From: Planctomycetia bacterium
Lineage (GTDB): Bacteria > Planctomycetota > Planctomycetia > Pirellulales > UBA1268
Direction of reading: 5' to 3'
Assembly: GCA_010027105.1 (NCBI GenBank)
Contig: RGVT01000001.1
Location: forward strand, 1-33,036
DNA length: 33,036 nt
Numbering within the stretch: position 1 is the first letter of the stretch; every line of letters starts with the position of its first letter. Under the pieces are notes generated by a model. That model was not told the origin of the DNA and made no database searches. It worked only from the letters and a program-made list of their open reading frames with translations. Below, piece after piece: positions 1 through 8,291 of this stretch. The position numbers and the translations under genes were made by a program.

Positions 1-42
1 CGAGAGCATGACGGATAGTGTCGGCATCGGGGTCGGCGCGGG

Positions 43-738
43 TCAATCAGCCGGGGGGCCGCCGGTCGCGGGGACGAACGGGTTGTGCCGCTTCTCGTGG
101 CCGATCGTGGTGGGGGGGCCGTGGCCGGGCAGCACGAGCGTGTCGTCGGGCAGCGTGTAGAGGCGGCGACGGATGCCGGAGGCGAGCGCGGAGAAGTCGC
201 CGTCGGGAAAGTCGGTGCGGCCGACGCTCCCGCGGAACAGCACGTCGCCGGCGAGCACGACGCAGGGAACGCGTCCCGGGAGCACGAACACCACGTGGCC
301 CGACGAGTGCCCCGGGATCTCGAAGACGTCGATCGCGAGGCCCGCGAGGTCGAGCCGCTCCCCGTCGTCGAGCAGTCGATCCGCGGGGGGGCTCGTGACC
401 GCGAAGCCGAAGGCCGCCGAGAGGTTGGCGGCCGGGTCGGTGAGCTTCGGGGCGTCGCCGCGGCCGATCAGGATCGGCGCGGCCGGCCAGTGCCGGCGCA
501 GGGCCGCCGTGCCGGCGATGTGGTCGGAGTGGCCGTGCGTGAGGAGGATCGCGGCGGGTTCGAGTCCATGGCCGCGGAGGAAGTCGACGATCGCGTCGGG
601 ATCGAAGCCGGGGTCGACCACGAGGCAGGCGGGCGTTCCGGTCGTGAAGACCACGTAGCTGTTCTCGGCGAACGGCGCGGATTCGACGCGGGCGACGCGG
701 AGATCGGCCGCCGGCGCGAGCAATTCGGGGTGGGGCAT
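43..738 (-). CDS. MBL-fold metallo-hydrolase (glyoxalase II / YcbL-like)
   Basis: ORF 43..993(-) trimmed to the ATG at 736-738 (MPHPELL...). It has the HxHxDH metal motif THGHSDHIAG plus downstream IPGHSSGH and LPGHGP blocks typical of the family. Confidence 0.85.
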   Translation of the reverse strand: MPHPELLAPAADLRVARVESAPFAENSYVVFTTGTPACLVVDPGFDPDAIVDFLRGHGLEPAAILLTHGHSDHIAGTAALRRHWPAAPILIGRGDAPKLTDPAANLSAAFGFAVTSPPADRLLDDGERLDLAGLAIDVFEIPGHSSGHVVFVLPGRVPCVVLAGDVLFRGSVGRTDFPDGDFSALASGIRRRLYTLPDDTLVLPGHGPPTTIGHEKRHNPFVPATGGPPAD

Positions 739-958
739 GCGGGCTGATCCGGCGGCGACCGCCGGCCTCACGGGGCTTGGTCGACGGGGAGGATCCGAGC
801 ATCGTTCGGCCGCCGGCCTCCGGCAAGACGCGGCGACGGCGGCGGCAAAAACCGGTGAAAAGAGGCCGCCAATTGGGATGGCCGCCTCCCTGGAAGCCCC
901 GCTATGCTCCCGCCCCCACCCGGGCGTGCAGGGCCGATCCCAACGAATCTGCCGGCCG

Positions 959-976
959 TTCGGGTGGCCACCCGAA
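959..976. promoter_or_regulatory. Perfect 18-bp palindrome TTCGGGTGGCCACCCGAA in a divergent intergenic region (candidate operator)
   Basis: Read directly from the sequence. It lies in the 308-bp spacer between the divergent MBL hydrolase and secreted-protein genes. Confidence 0.3.
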
Positions 977-1046
977 TGCTCATGCCCCACCACGGGCGGG
1001 GCGATAGACCAACGGGCGGTCGAGGGGATTCATGGAGGGATGCACG

Positions 1047-1949
1047 ATGGCCCGATGGGCGTGGCGGTGGCAAGGATTCGTTCTGGCGGTCGCGGCGACG
1101 GCGGCCGTCTCCGCGGGCAGCGCGGCCGAGGCACTGGCGCAGGGCGCGGCGGCGCAGCCCGCCCAGGGGCCGGGGCTCATGCCGCAGGGCGGGCTTCCCC
1201 AGGTGGCCGAGAATGCGGGCGTGGCCGCGACGACCGCGGCCGCCGTTCATCCGCTGGAGCCCGCGCTCGACATTGCGAAGAAGGGGCTCGCCGGCATCCA
1301 GGCGAACATTCGCGACTACTCCTGCACGGTGGTGAAGCGGGAGCGGATCGACGGCAGGCTCGGCGAACACGAATACATGTTCGCCAAGATCCGGCACCGG
1401 CCCTTCAGCGTCTACCTGCTCTTCCTCGGCCCGGACGCCGTCAAGGGGCAGGAGGTGCTGTACGTCGACGGCCGCAACGACGGCAACATGCTGGCCCACG
1501 CCGGCAGCGGCGTGCGGGCGATGGTGGGCACGGTGTCGCTCAAGCCGCAGAGCATGCTGGCGATGGCTGGCAACCGCTATCCGATCACCGAGCTGGGCGT
1601 CGAGAACCTCACCAAGCGGCTCGTCGAGGTCGCCGAGCACGACAGACAGTTCGGAGAGTGCGACGTCAACTTCTACCCCAACGCGAAGGTCAATGGCCGG
1701 ATCTGCACCTGCATCCAGGTGGCGCACCCCGTGCCGCGGCGGAACTTCCGCTTCAACCTGGCGCGGGTGTTCATCGATGACGAGCTGACGATCCCCGTGC
1801 GGTATGAAGCCTACGACTGGCCGCAGGAGGCGGGCGGCCAGCCGCTGCTGATGGAGGAGTACACCTACATGAACGTGAAGGTCAACAACGGCTTCACGGA
1901 CGACGACTTCGACCCGCGGAACCCGACCTACAAGTTCGGCGTCAAGTAG
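1047..1949 (+). CDS. Secreted protein of unknown function (possibly DUF1571-like)
   Basis: ORF 1032..1949. ATG at 1047 is preferred because GGAGG at 1034-1038 lies 8 nt upstream. The N-terminus MARWAWRWQGFVLAVAATAAVSAGSAAEALAQ looks like a signal peptide. Composition is non-repetitive and globular. The family name is from memory only. Confidence 0.7.
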   Translation: MARWAWRWQGFVLAVAATAAVSAGSAAEALAQGAAAQPAQGPGLMPQGGLPQVAENAGVAATTAAAVHPLEPALDIAKKGLAGIQANIRDYSCTVVKRERIDGRLGEHEYMFAKIRHRPFSVYLLFLGPDAVKGQEVLYVDGRNDGNMLAHAGSGVRAMVGTVSLKPQSMLAMAGNRYPITELGVENLTKRLVEVAEHDRQFGECDVNFYPNAKVNGRICTCIQVAHPVPRRNFRFNLARVFIDDELTIPVRYEAYDWPQEAGGQPLLMEEYTYMNVKVNNGFTDDDFDPRNPTYKFGVK

Positions 1950-2030
1950 GACAGGCTTCAGCCTGTCGGCCCACCCGTAGGCCACGCTTCAGCCTGTCGG
2001 CCCACACGTAGGCCACGCTTCAGCCTGTCC
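1950..2030. repeat. REP-like tandem array, 31-nt period, core GCTTCAGCCTGTC
   Basis: Units start at 1955, 1986 and 2017 (GCTTCAGCCTGTCGGCCCAC[C/A]CGTAGGCCAC). The first unit forms the hairpin GACAGGC-TTCA-GCCTGTC (1950-1967). The array fills the whole gap between the convergent stops TAG 1947-1949 and CTA 2030-2032. Confidence 0.9.
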
Positions 2031-2578
2031 TACGGGGCGAGGGCGGGCAGGGCCGCGGTGAGCGAGGCGCGTGGCGGGATCTCGAGCCGCGTGCCGGCGA
2101 CCATCGACACCCGCGGGTCGAGGCGGCGATTCCAGGCGAACAGGGCGCGGTACAGGCGGCCGTCACCGTACGCCCGCTCGGCGATCGACCACCAGGTGTC
2201 GCCGGCCTCGGCGACGTGGCTGCCGGCGACGGGAGCGGCGGCGGGCCGCGCGGTCGAGGCCGCGGGCGGCGGATCGATCGCGCCCGGGGAAGGCAGCCCG
2301 GGGTCCGCGCCTTCCGGGATTCCGACGACGGCCTCCTCGAAGGCGACCTGCACCACCGCGGGAGCGGCGGGCTCGGCCGCCGCGGGCCCGGTAGGCCGCC
2401 GGTCGAGCGCCGGCGGCTCCACGATCTCCTGGCGGGCGGCGACCGCCTCGTGCGGCTCGACGTCGGGCCCGGCCCCGGCCGGGGGACGGGGCACGAGCAG
2501 CTTCATCGACAGCACGCCCAGGAAGACGCCGCAGAGCAGGCCGAGCAGCGTCAGCAGGAATCTCTTCTCGCGTCCCAT
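2030..2578 (-). CDS. Bitopic membrane protein with C-terminal LysM peptidoglycan-binding domain
   Basis: ORF 2030..2611(-). ATG at 2576-2578 has GGAG upstream. There is one N-terminal TM segment (FLLTLLGLLCGVFLGVLSMKLLV), a Pro/Ala-rich linker, and a LysM-like block HVAEAGDTWWSIAERAYGDGRLYRALFAWNR...VAGTRLEIP. Confidence 0.8.
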   Translation of the reverse strand: MGREKRFLLTLLGLLCGVFLGVLSMKLLVPRPPAGAGPDVEPHEAVAARQEIVEPPALDRRPTGPAAAEPAAPAVVQVAFEEAVVGIPEGADPGLPSPGAIDPPPAASTARPAAAPVAGSHVAEAGDTWWSIAERAYGDGRLYRALFAWNRRLDPRVSMVAGTRLEIPPRASLTAALPALAP

Positions 2579-2659
2579 CGATCGCGCTCCACCCGCGTCG
2601 CGGCGGGGCACCCGGGGTCGCGGCAGTGTCGCGAATCGCCCTCGCCGCCGCCAGACCGC

Positions 2660-3562
2660 TCAGCCCGGGGAAAAAGCCGCGGTGCGGCGGGCCGCGCGGA
2701 GCCTGGCCGACCGGCTGCGGGGGTTGGCCGCGAGTTCCGCGGGGCCGGCCTCGACGGGGGAGCGGGTGAGGCACTCCCAGACCTGCGCGTTGCGGAAGGC
2801 CTGCTTCACCAGCCGGTCCTCGAGCGAGTGGAACGAGATCACCGCCAGCCGCCCCCCCGGCACCAGCCGTGTCGGAATCCGCTCGAGCGCGATCCGCAGC
2901 GACTTGAGTTCCTCGTTGACAGCGATCCGCAGGGCCTGGAACGTGCGGGTGGCGGGATGGATCCGCGCCGGCGGGTGCTGGCGCGGGATCGCCGAGGCGA
3001 CGAGCCGGGCGAACTCGCGGGCCGAGTGCACCGGCTGCTTCTCGCGGACCGCGGCGATCTTCCGGGCGATCCGGCGGCTGTGCCGCTCCTCGCCGAACTC
3101 GAAGATGATGTCGGCGAGGCTCTCCGGCCGCATCCGGTTGACGATGCGCCAGGCGGGCTCCCCCTCGGTCGGATCGAACCGCAGATCGAGCGGGCCGTCG
3201 GCGTCGAACGAAAACCCGCGGTCCCGGTCGGCGAGCTGGTCGCTCGAGAGGCCGACGTCGAGGAGCACGGCGTCGACCGCGTCGATCGAGAGCGCGTCGA
3301 GCACCTCGGGAATGTCGCGGTAGTTCGCCTGGGCGAACCGCACGGGCAGCCCGGCGAGTGCGCGGGCGCCGCGGTCGATGGCGGCTGGATCGCGGTCGAT
3401 CGCGACGACCAGGCCGTGCGGACCCACCGCGTGGGCGAGCAGCCGGGCGTGCCCGCCGCCGCCGAGCGTGCCGTCGACCACGCGCATGCCTGCCCGGACG
3501 CCGAGAAGCGCCAGCGCCTCGGCCGGCAGGACGCTCGTGTGGACGCTCGGGTGATGGGCCAT
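2660..3562 (-). CDS. rsmH: 16S rRNA (cytosine1402-N4)-methyltransferase RsmH (MraW)
   Basis: MAHHPSVHTSVLPAEALALL..VDGTLGGGGHA...DLGLSSDQL...ISFHSLEDRLVK are canonical RsmH blocks. The start is set at ATG 3560-3562; an upstream ATG at 3602-3604 is also possible. Confidence 0.9.
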   Translation of the reverse strand: MAHHPSVHTSVLPAEALALLGVRAGMRVVDGTLGGGGHARLLAHAVGPHGLVVAIDRDPAAIDRGARALAGLPVRFAQANYRDIPEVLDALSIDAVDAVLLDVGLSSDQLADRDRGFSFDADGPLDLRFDPTEGEPAWRIVNRMRPESLADIIFEFGEERHSRRIARKIAAVREKQPVHSAREFARLVASAIPRQHPPARIHPATRTFQALRIAVNEELKSLRIALERIPTRLVPGGRLAVISFHSLEDRLVKQAFRNAQVWECLTRSPVEAGPAELAANPRSRSARLRAARRTAAFSPG

Positions 3563-3602
3563 CGAAATCACTGTACCACCCTCGGCCGCTACCATTGCCG
3601 GC

Positions 3603-4652
3603 ATGGCCGATGCCGACCTCTACGACTACGACCTCCCCGCCGAACTCGTGGCGCAGGAGGCACTCGACGACCGGGCCGCTGCGAGGCTGCTCGTCGTGCA
3701 TCGTGCGACGGGCGTGCTGGAGCACCGCTGGATCCGCGACCTGCCGGAGATCCTCGCGGCCGGCGACCTCGTCGTCGTCAACGACACGCGGGTGGTGCCC
3801 GCGCGGCTCGTCGGCCGCCGCATCGCCACCGGCGGCCGCTGGGAGGGGCTGTTCCTCCGGGTCGACGCGGGGACCGGCCTGTGGCGGATGCTCGCCCAGA
3901 CCCGCGGCAGGCCGGCGTGCGGCGAGCGGGTCGCCGTGCGCGACCGCGCCGGCACGGAGGGCCTCGTTCTCGAGCTCGTCGGTCGCGGCGCCGGCGGCAC
4001 CTGGCTCGTGCGGCCCTCCTCCGCGGAGCCGGTGGAAGAGGTGCTCGCGCGGGTCGGCCGCGTGCCGCTGCCCGGCTACATCCGCGGCGGCGAGGAGCGG
4101 CGCGGCGACCTCGAACGCTACCAGACCGTCTTCGCCCGCCACGCCGGCTCGGCGGCGGCGCCCACGGCGGGCCTGCACTTCACGGCGGAACTCCTCGCCG
4201 CCCTGGCAGCCCGCGGCGTCGGCCGCGCGGAGGTCACGCTGCACGTCGGGCTCGACACGTTCCGGCCGATCACGGTGGAACGACTCGACGACCACGCCAT
4301 GCACACGGAGTGGTGCGCCTGCCCGGAGCCGACGGCGGCGGCGGTCGCGGCCACGAAGGCCCGGGGCAGCCGCGTGGTGGCTGTGGGCACGACGGCCGTG
4401 CGCACGCTCGAGACCGCGGCCCGGTCGGGCGGCATCTCGGCCTGGTCGGGCCCCACGGACCTGTTCATCCGGCCCGGGTTCTCGTTCCGGGCCGTCGACT
4501 GCCTGGTGACGAATTTCCACCTGCCGCGGACGACGCTGCTCGTGCTCGTGAGCGCGTTCGCGTCGCGGGAGTTGATCCTCACGGCGTACGCCGAGGCGGT
4601 CCGTGAGCGGTACCGGTTCCTGAGCTACGGCGACGCGATGCTGATCGTGTAG
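3603..4652 (+). CDS. queA: S-adenosylmethionine:tRNA ribosyltransferase-isomerase QueA
   Basis: Full-length 349-aa ORF. YDYDLPAELVAQEAL..R..ARLLV, VVVNDTRVVPARL, GLHFT..LL, AVGTTAVRTLE, TNFHLPRTTLLVLVSAF and FLSYGDAMLI are typical QueA blocks. Confidence 0.92.
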   Translation: MADADLYDYDLPAELVAQEALDDRAAARLLVVHRATGVLEHRWIRDLPEILAAGDLVVVNDTRVVPARLVGRRIATGGRWEGLFLRVDAGTGLWRMLAQTRGRPACGERVAVRDRAGTEGLVLELVGRGAGGTWLVRPSSAEPVEEVLARVGRVPLPGYIRGGEERRGDLERYQTVFARHAGSAAAPTAGLHFTAELLAALAARGVGRAEVTLHVGLDTFRPITVERLDDHAMHTEWCACPEPTAAAVAATKARGSRVVAVGTTAVRTLETAARSGGISAWSGPTDLFIRPGFSFRAVDCLVTNFHLPRTTLLVLVSAFASRELILTAYAEAVRERYRFLSYGDAMLIV

Positions 4653-4698
4653 GGCGGGCCTTCCAGGCCCGGGGCGTGTGCCGGTACAACGATGGGTC

Positions 4699-5331
4699 AT
4701 GGCGTCGATTCCGCAGGAAGACGTGCTCGTGGTGCCGCGGTCGCTGTTCGAGGCGGTCGGGGCGTTCCAGGGCTTTCGCGGCGACGTGGGCGGCTATCTT
4801 CCGGCGCTTCTCGACCCGCGGCACACGTCGTGGCGGCCGCGGGCCGCCGTCGAGGACGACCCGTCGTTCAAGCAGCTGATCCCCTACTGCGTGCTCGCGC
4901 ACCGCGGCCCGGACGCCGCCATCCGCTACTTCGCCTACACCCGCGGAGGCGGACAGGGGGACGCACGGCTGCGGGCGAAGCGGTCGGTCGGCATCGGCGG
5001 GCACATCGCCAGCTGCGACGGCGCGCACGGCGACGACACGTCGTACGAGGCGGGGATGCGGCGCGAGCTCGCCGAGGAGATCGCCATCGAGGGTGGCTGG
5101 ACGTCGCGGTGCGTCGGCCTCATCAACGACGACTCGAACGCCGTCGGCAGCGTGCACCTCGGCGTCGTGCACGTCCTCGAGCTGGAGAGGCCGGACGTCT
5201 CGGCGCGGGAGAGCGCCGTCGTCGACTGCGGCTTCGAGACGCTCGCCGCCCTGCTCGAGGCCCGCGACCGGTTCGAGACCTGGTCGCAGATCGCCCTCGA
5301 CGCGCTCCGTGACGGTACAATCGCGGTGTGA
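4699..5331 (+). CDS. NUDIX-fold predicted phosphoesterase (MutT-family, COG4112-like)
   Basis: ORF 4678..5331 with ATG at 4699 (MASIPQEDVLVVPRSLFEAVGAFQGF). It has a Nudix-box-like GGHI...MRRELAEEIAI. Its stop overlaps the next start (GTGA at 5328-5331). Confidence 0.7.
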   Translation: MASIPQEDVLVVPRSLFEAVGAFQGFRGDVGGYLPALLDPRHTSWRPRAAVEDDPSFKQLIPYCVLAHRGPDAAIRYFAYTRGGGQGDARLRAKRSVGIGGHIASCDGAHGDDTSYEAGMRRELAEEIAIEGGWTSRCVGLINDDSNAVGSVHLGVVHVLELERPDVSARESAVVDCGFETLAALLEARDRFETWSQIALDALRDGTIAV

Positions 5332-6503
5332 GGATCTACCTCGACAACCACTCCACGACCCGCCTCGACCCCCGCGTGCTCGAGGCGATGCTGCCCTGGC
5401 TCACCGACCGCTACGGCAACGCCGGCAGTGCGACCCACGAGATGGGCCGCGAGGCCCGCGGGGCGGTCGACGAGGCCCGCGAGGCGGCGGCGGCCGCGAT
5501 CGGGGCGACGCCCCGGGAGATCGTGTTCACCAGCGGCGCCACCGAGAGCAACAACATCGCGATCCTCGGCCATGCGGCCCGCACGCCGCCCGCCCGGCGG
5601 CACGTCGTGACCGTGGCCACCGAGCACAACGCCGTGCTCGACCCGGTCGGGCATCTGGAGCGGACGGGATTCGCGGTGACGCGGCTGGCCGTGGAGCCGG
5701 GCACCGGCCGCGTGCCGCCCGCGGCCGTCGCCGCGGCGCTGCGGCCCGACACGTTCCTCGTGTCGGTGATGCTCGCCAACAACGAGATCGGCGTCGTGCA
5801 GGACATGCCGGCGATCGCGGCACGGGTGCACGCGCACGGCGCGGTGCTGCACGTCGACTGCGCGCAGGCCCTCGGCCGGATGCCGGTGGCCGTGGACGGG
5901 CTCGGCGCCGACCTCGCGAGCTTCTCAGCCCACAAGTTCCACGGGCCGAAGGGGGCGGGCCTCCTCTACGTGCGGCGGCGGGAGCGGGTGGTGCGGATCG
6001 ACCCGCTCGTGCACGGCGGCGGCCAGGAGCGCGGGATGCGCAGCGGCACGCTCGACGTGCCGGCGATCGTGGGGCTCGCGACGGCGGCCCGGCTCGCCGT
6101 GGGGGCGCTGGGGACGGAGCCCGCGCGGCTGCGTGCCCTCCGCGACCGGCTCTGGCGGCTGCTCCGGGAGGGCGTCGCGGGCGCCACCCTCAACGGTCCG
6201 CCGCTCGACGACCCCGCGGTCCGGCTGGTCAACAACCTCAACGTGCGGATCCCGGGCGTCGACGGCCACTCGCTCCTCGCCACGCTCTCCGCCGACGGCC
6301 TCGCCCTCAGTTCCGGCAGCGCCTGCTCGTCGGAGAGCCCGCGGCCGAGCCACGTGCTGCTGGCCCTCGGCCTGACCGAGGACGAGGCCCGCGCGAGCCT
6401 GCGCTTCGGCCTCTCGCGGTTCACGACCGAGGCCGAGATCGACGCGGCCGCGGAACGTATCGCCGCGGGGGTGGGACGGTTGCGTGGGGGCATGACAGGC
6501 TGA
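5328..6503 (+). CDS. Cysteine desulfurase, NifS/IscS family (PLP-dependent)
   Basis: YLDNHSTT..DPRVLEAM, FTSGATESNN, the PLP-lysine block SFSAHKFHGPKGAGLLYV, and the catalytic-Cys loop SSGSACSS. GTG start at 5328. The last codons and the stop lie inside the first REP unit. Confidence 0.9.
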   Translation: MRIYLDNHSTTRLDPRVLEAMLPWLTDRYGNAGSATHEMGREARGAVDEAREAAAAAIGATPREIVFTSGATESNNIAILGHAARTPPARRHVVTVATEHNAVLDPVGHLERTGFAVTRLAVEPGTGRVPPAAVAAALRPDTFLVSVMLANNEIGVVQDMPAIAARVHAHGAVLHVDCAQALGRMPVAVDGLGADLASFSAHKFHGPKGAGLLYVRRRERVVRIDPLVHGGGQERGMRSGTLDVPAIVGLATAARLAVGALGTEPARLRALRDRLWRLLREGVAGATLNGPPLDDPAVRLVNNLNVRIPGVDGHSLLATLSADGLALSSGSACSSESPRPSHVLLALGLTEDEARASLRFGLSRFTTEAEIDAAAERIAAGVGRLRGGMTG

Positions 6504-6585
6504 AGCCTGTCCCACATGGGGGCATGACAGGCTGAAGCCTGTCCCACATGGGGGCATGACAGGCTGAAGCCTGTCCCACATGGGG
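6486..6585. repeat. REP-like tandem array, 32-nt period x3, each unit a full hairpin
   Basis: CATGACAGGCTGAAGCCTGTCCCACATGGGGG starts at 6491, 6523 and 6555. Each unit contains GACAGGC-TGAA-GCCTGTC. This is the reverse-complement orientation of arrays 1 and 3. Confidence 0.9.
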
Positions 6586-6711
6586 TCAGGGCAGGGGCGG
6601 GCGAAAGACGACTTTCCGCCCCGCAGGGTGACGACTATATTCAACGAAGAGGTCCTGAAGATGCTGCTCGCGGGCAGCACAGCGCCCCATCCGCGAAGGA
6701 GTTGCCATCCC

Positions 6712-7044
6712 ATGTCGGTCATGCTCACCGAAAAAGCCGCCCTCGAAGTGAAGAAGATCATCACGGATCAGAAGCTCGCCCCCGAGACGGTACTCCGCGT
6801 CGGTGTCGCCGGCGGCGGCTGCAGCGGGTTCCAGTATTCGCTCGGCTTCGACACGGCCTGGGATCCGAAGGTCGATTCCCGTTCGGAGCAGCACGGCGTG
6901 CCCGTCGTGGTCGACAAGAAAAGCGACCTGTTCCTCGACGGCACGACGCTCGACTTCCACGAGGGGATCGACAAGCGCGGCTTCACGTTCAACAACCCCA
7001 ACGCCAAGAAGAGCTGCGGCTGCGGCAGTTCGTTCCAGGCCTGA
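6712..7044 (+). CDS. Iron-sulfur cluster insertion/assembly protein, HesB/IscA/ErpA family
   Basis: ATG at 6712 with AAGGAG at 6696-6701. [15 protein letters not shown] and the C-terminal [10 protein letters not shown] give the three conserved Cys of A-type carriers. Confidence 0.88.
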   Translation: MSVMLTEKAALEVKKIITDQKLAPETVLRVGVAGGGCSGFQYSLGFDTAWDPKVDSRSEQHGVPVVVDKKSDLFLDGTTLDFHEGIDKRGFTFNNPNAKKSCGCGSSFQA

Positions 7045-8291
7045 TGGAGGCCCCGAAGGTCCACATCGTCGGCATCGGCGACGACGGCGTCGACGGCGTG
7101 ACGGCACAGGCCCGGCGCGTACTGGAGGGGGCCGACGTGCTGCTCGGGCCAGAGTCGTGCGCGGCGCTCCTGCCGCCGGCGCTCGCAACGCGGCTCCAGA
7201 CGACGGCGAACCTCGAGGAACTGTGCGAGCGGATCGAGGCCGCCGGCCCGCGGCGGCTCGTCGTGCTCGCTTCGGGCGACCCGCTGTTCTACGGCACCGC
7301 CCGCTACGTGTGCGGGAAGCTCGGCAAGGAACGGTTCGAGGTCGTGCCGCACGTGAGCAGCATGCAACTGGCCTTCGCACGGGTGAAGGAGTCGTGGGAG
7401 GAGGCGTTTCTCGCCAACCTCGCCGGCCAGTCGATCGAGCGGGTGGTCGACAAGGTGCGCACGAGCGAGACGGTGGGCCTGTTCACGAGCGAGCAGTGGC
7501 CGCCGGCCGCCGTGGCCCGGGCGCTGCTCGACGAGGGGATCGACTACTTCCACGCCTACGTGTGCGAAAATCTCGGCTCGCCCGACGAGCGGGTGACGCA
7601 GGGGGTGCTCGGCGACATCGCCCGGGAGTCGTTCGGACCGCTCAACGTGATGATCCTGGTGCGGAAGGCCCGCGCCGCCGACGCTCCCGGCCAGGCGGGG
7701 AGCAGGCTGTTCGGCAACGCCGACGAGTGCTTCCTGCAGTCGCGGCCGAAGCGGGGCCTGCTCACGCCGGCGGAGCTGCGGTCGCTGGCCCTCGCGGAGC
7801 TCGCGCTGCGGCCCGACAGCGTCGTGTGGGACGTCGGCGCCGGCAGCGGCTCGGTGAGCCTCGAGGCGGCGCGGATCGCCGCCACCGGCACCGTCCATGC
7901 GATCGAGATGGATCCCGACGATCACCGGCTGATCACGGCCAACGCGGAGCGGTTCGGCGTGGCGAACCTCCGGGCGGTGCTCGGCAGGGCCCCCGAGGCG
8001 TGGCTGCACCTGCCCGACCCGGACGCGGTCTACGTCGGGGGCAGCGGCCGCGACGTGCAGATGCTCGTCGAGGAGGCCTGGAAGCGGCTCAAGCCGGGCG
8101 GCCGGCTCGTGACCGCGTGCAACTCGATCGAGAACCTGGCCTCCGTGCACGCGCTGCTGCGGTCTCGGTCGACCGACGCGGCCTACTGGATGGTCAACGT
8201 CGCCCGGGGGGTGGAGCAGCTCGACCGCATCCGCTTCGAGGCGCTCAACCCGAGCTTTCTCATCGCGGCGACGAAGCCGGCCCGATCGTGA
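7044..8291 (+). CDS. cobL: Precorrin-6Y C5,15-methyltransferase (decarboxylating), fused CbiE/CbiT (CobL)
   Basis: [15 protein letters not shown]..., LASGDPLFYG (CbiE tetrapyrrole methylase part) and WDVGAGSGSVSLEAA...KPGGRLV (CbiT SAM-MTase part). The ATG at 7044 shares one nt with the upstream TGA (7042-7044). Confidence 0.8.
   Translation: MEAPKVHIVGIGDDGVDGVTAQARRVLEGADVLLGPESCAALLPPALATRLQTTANLEELCERIEAAGPRRLVVLASGDPLFYGTARYVCGKLGKERFEVVPHVSSMQLAFARVKESWEEAFLANLAGQSIERVVDKVRTSETVGLFTSEQWPPAAVARALLDEGIDYFHAYVCENLGSPDERVTQGVLGDIARESFGPLNVMILVRKARAADAPGQAGSRLFGNADECFLQSRPKRGLLTPAELRSLALAELALRPDSVVWDVGAGSGSVSLEAARIAATGTVHAIEMDPDDHRLITANAERFGVANLRAVLGRAPEAWLHLPDPDAVYVGGSGRDVQMLVEEAWKRLKPGGRLVTACNSIENLASVHALLRSRSTDAAYWMVNVARGVEQLDRIRFEALNPSFLIAATKPARS

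Noticed and set aside
2163-4700. Very long ORFs 2163..4700(-) of 845 aa and 2216..4606(+) of 796 aa spanning the rsmH/queA region
   Set aside because: Their translations are Arg/Pro/Gly/Ala-rich and low in complexity. They overlap the clearly recognisable rsmH and queA frames. They are typical shadow ORFs of DNA at about 70% GC.
6586-6711. Cobalamin riboswitch upstream of the IscA-cobL operon
   Set aside because: I could not find a B12-box-like sequence by eye; only a simple 7-bp hairpin (6594-6622) is present. A covariance-model scan is needed to be sure.
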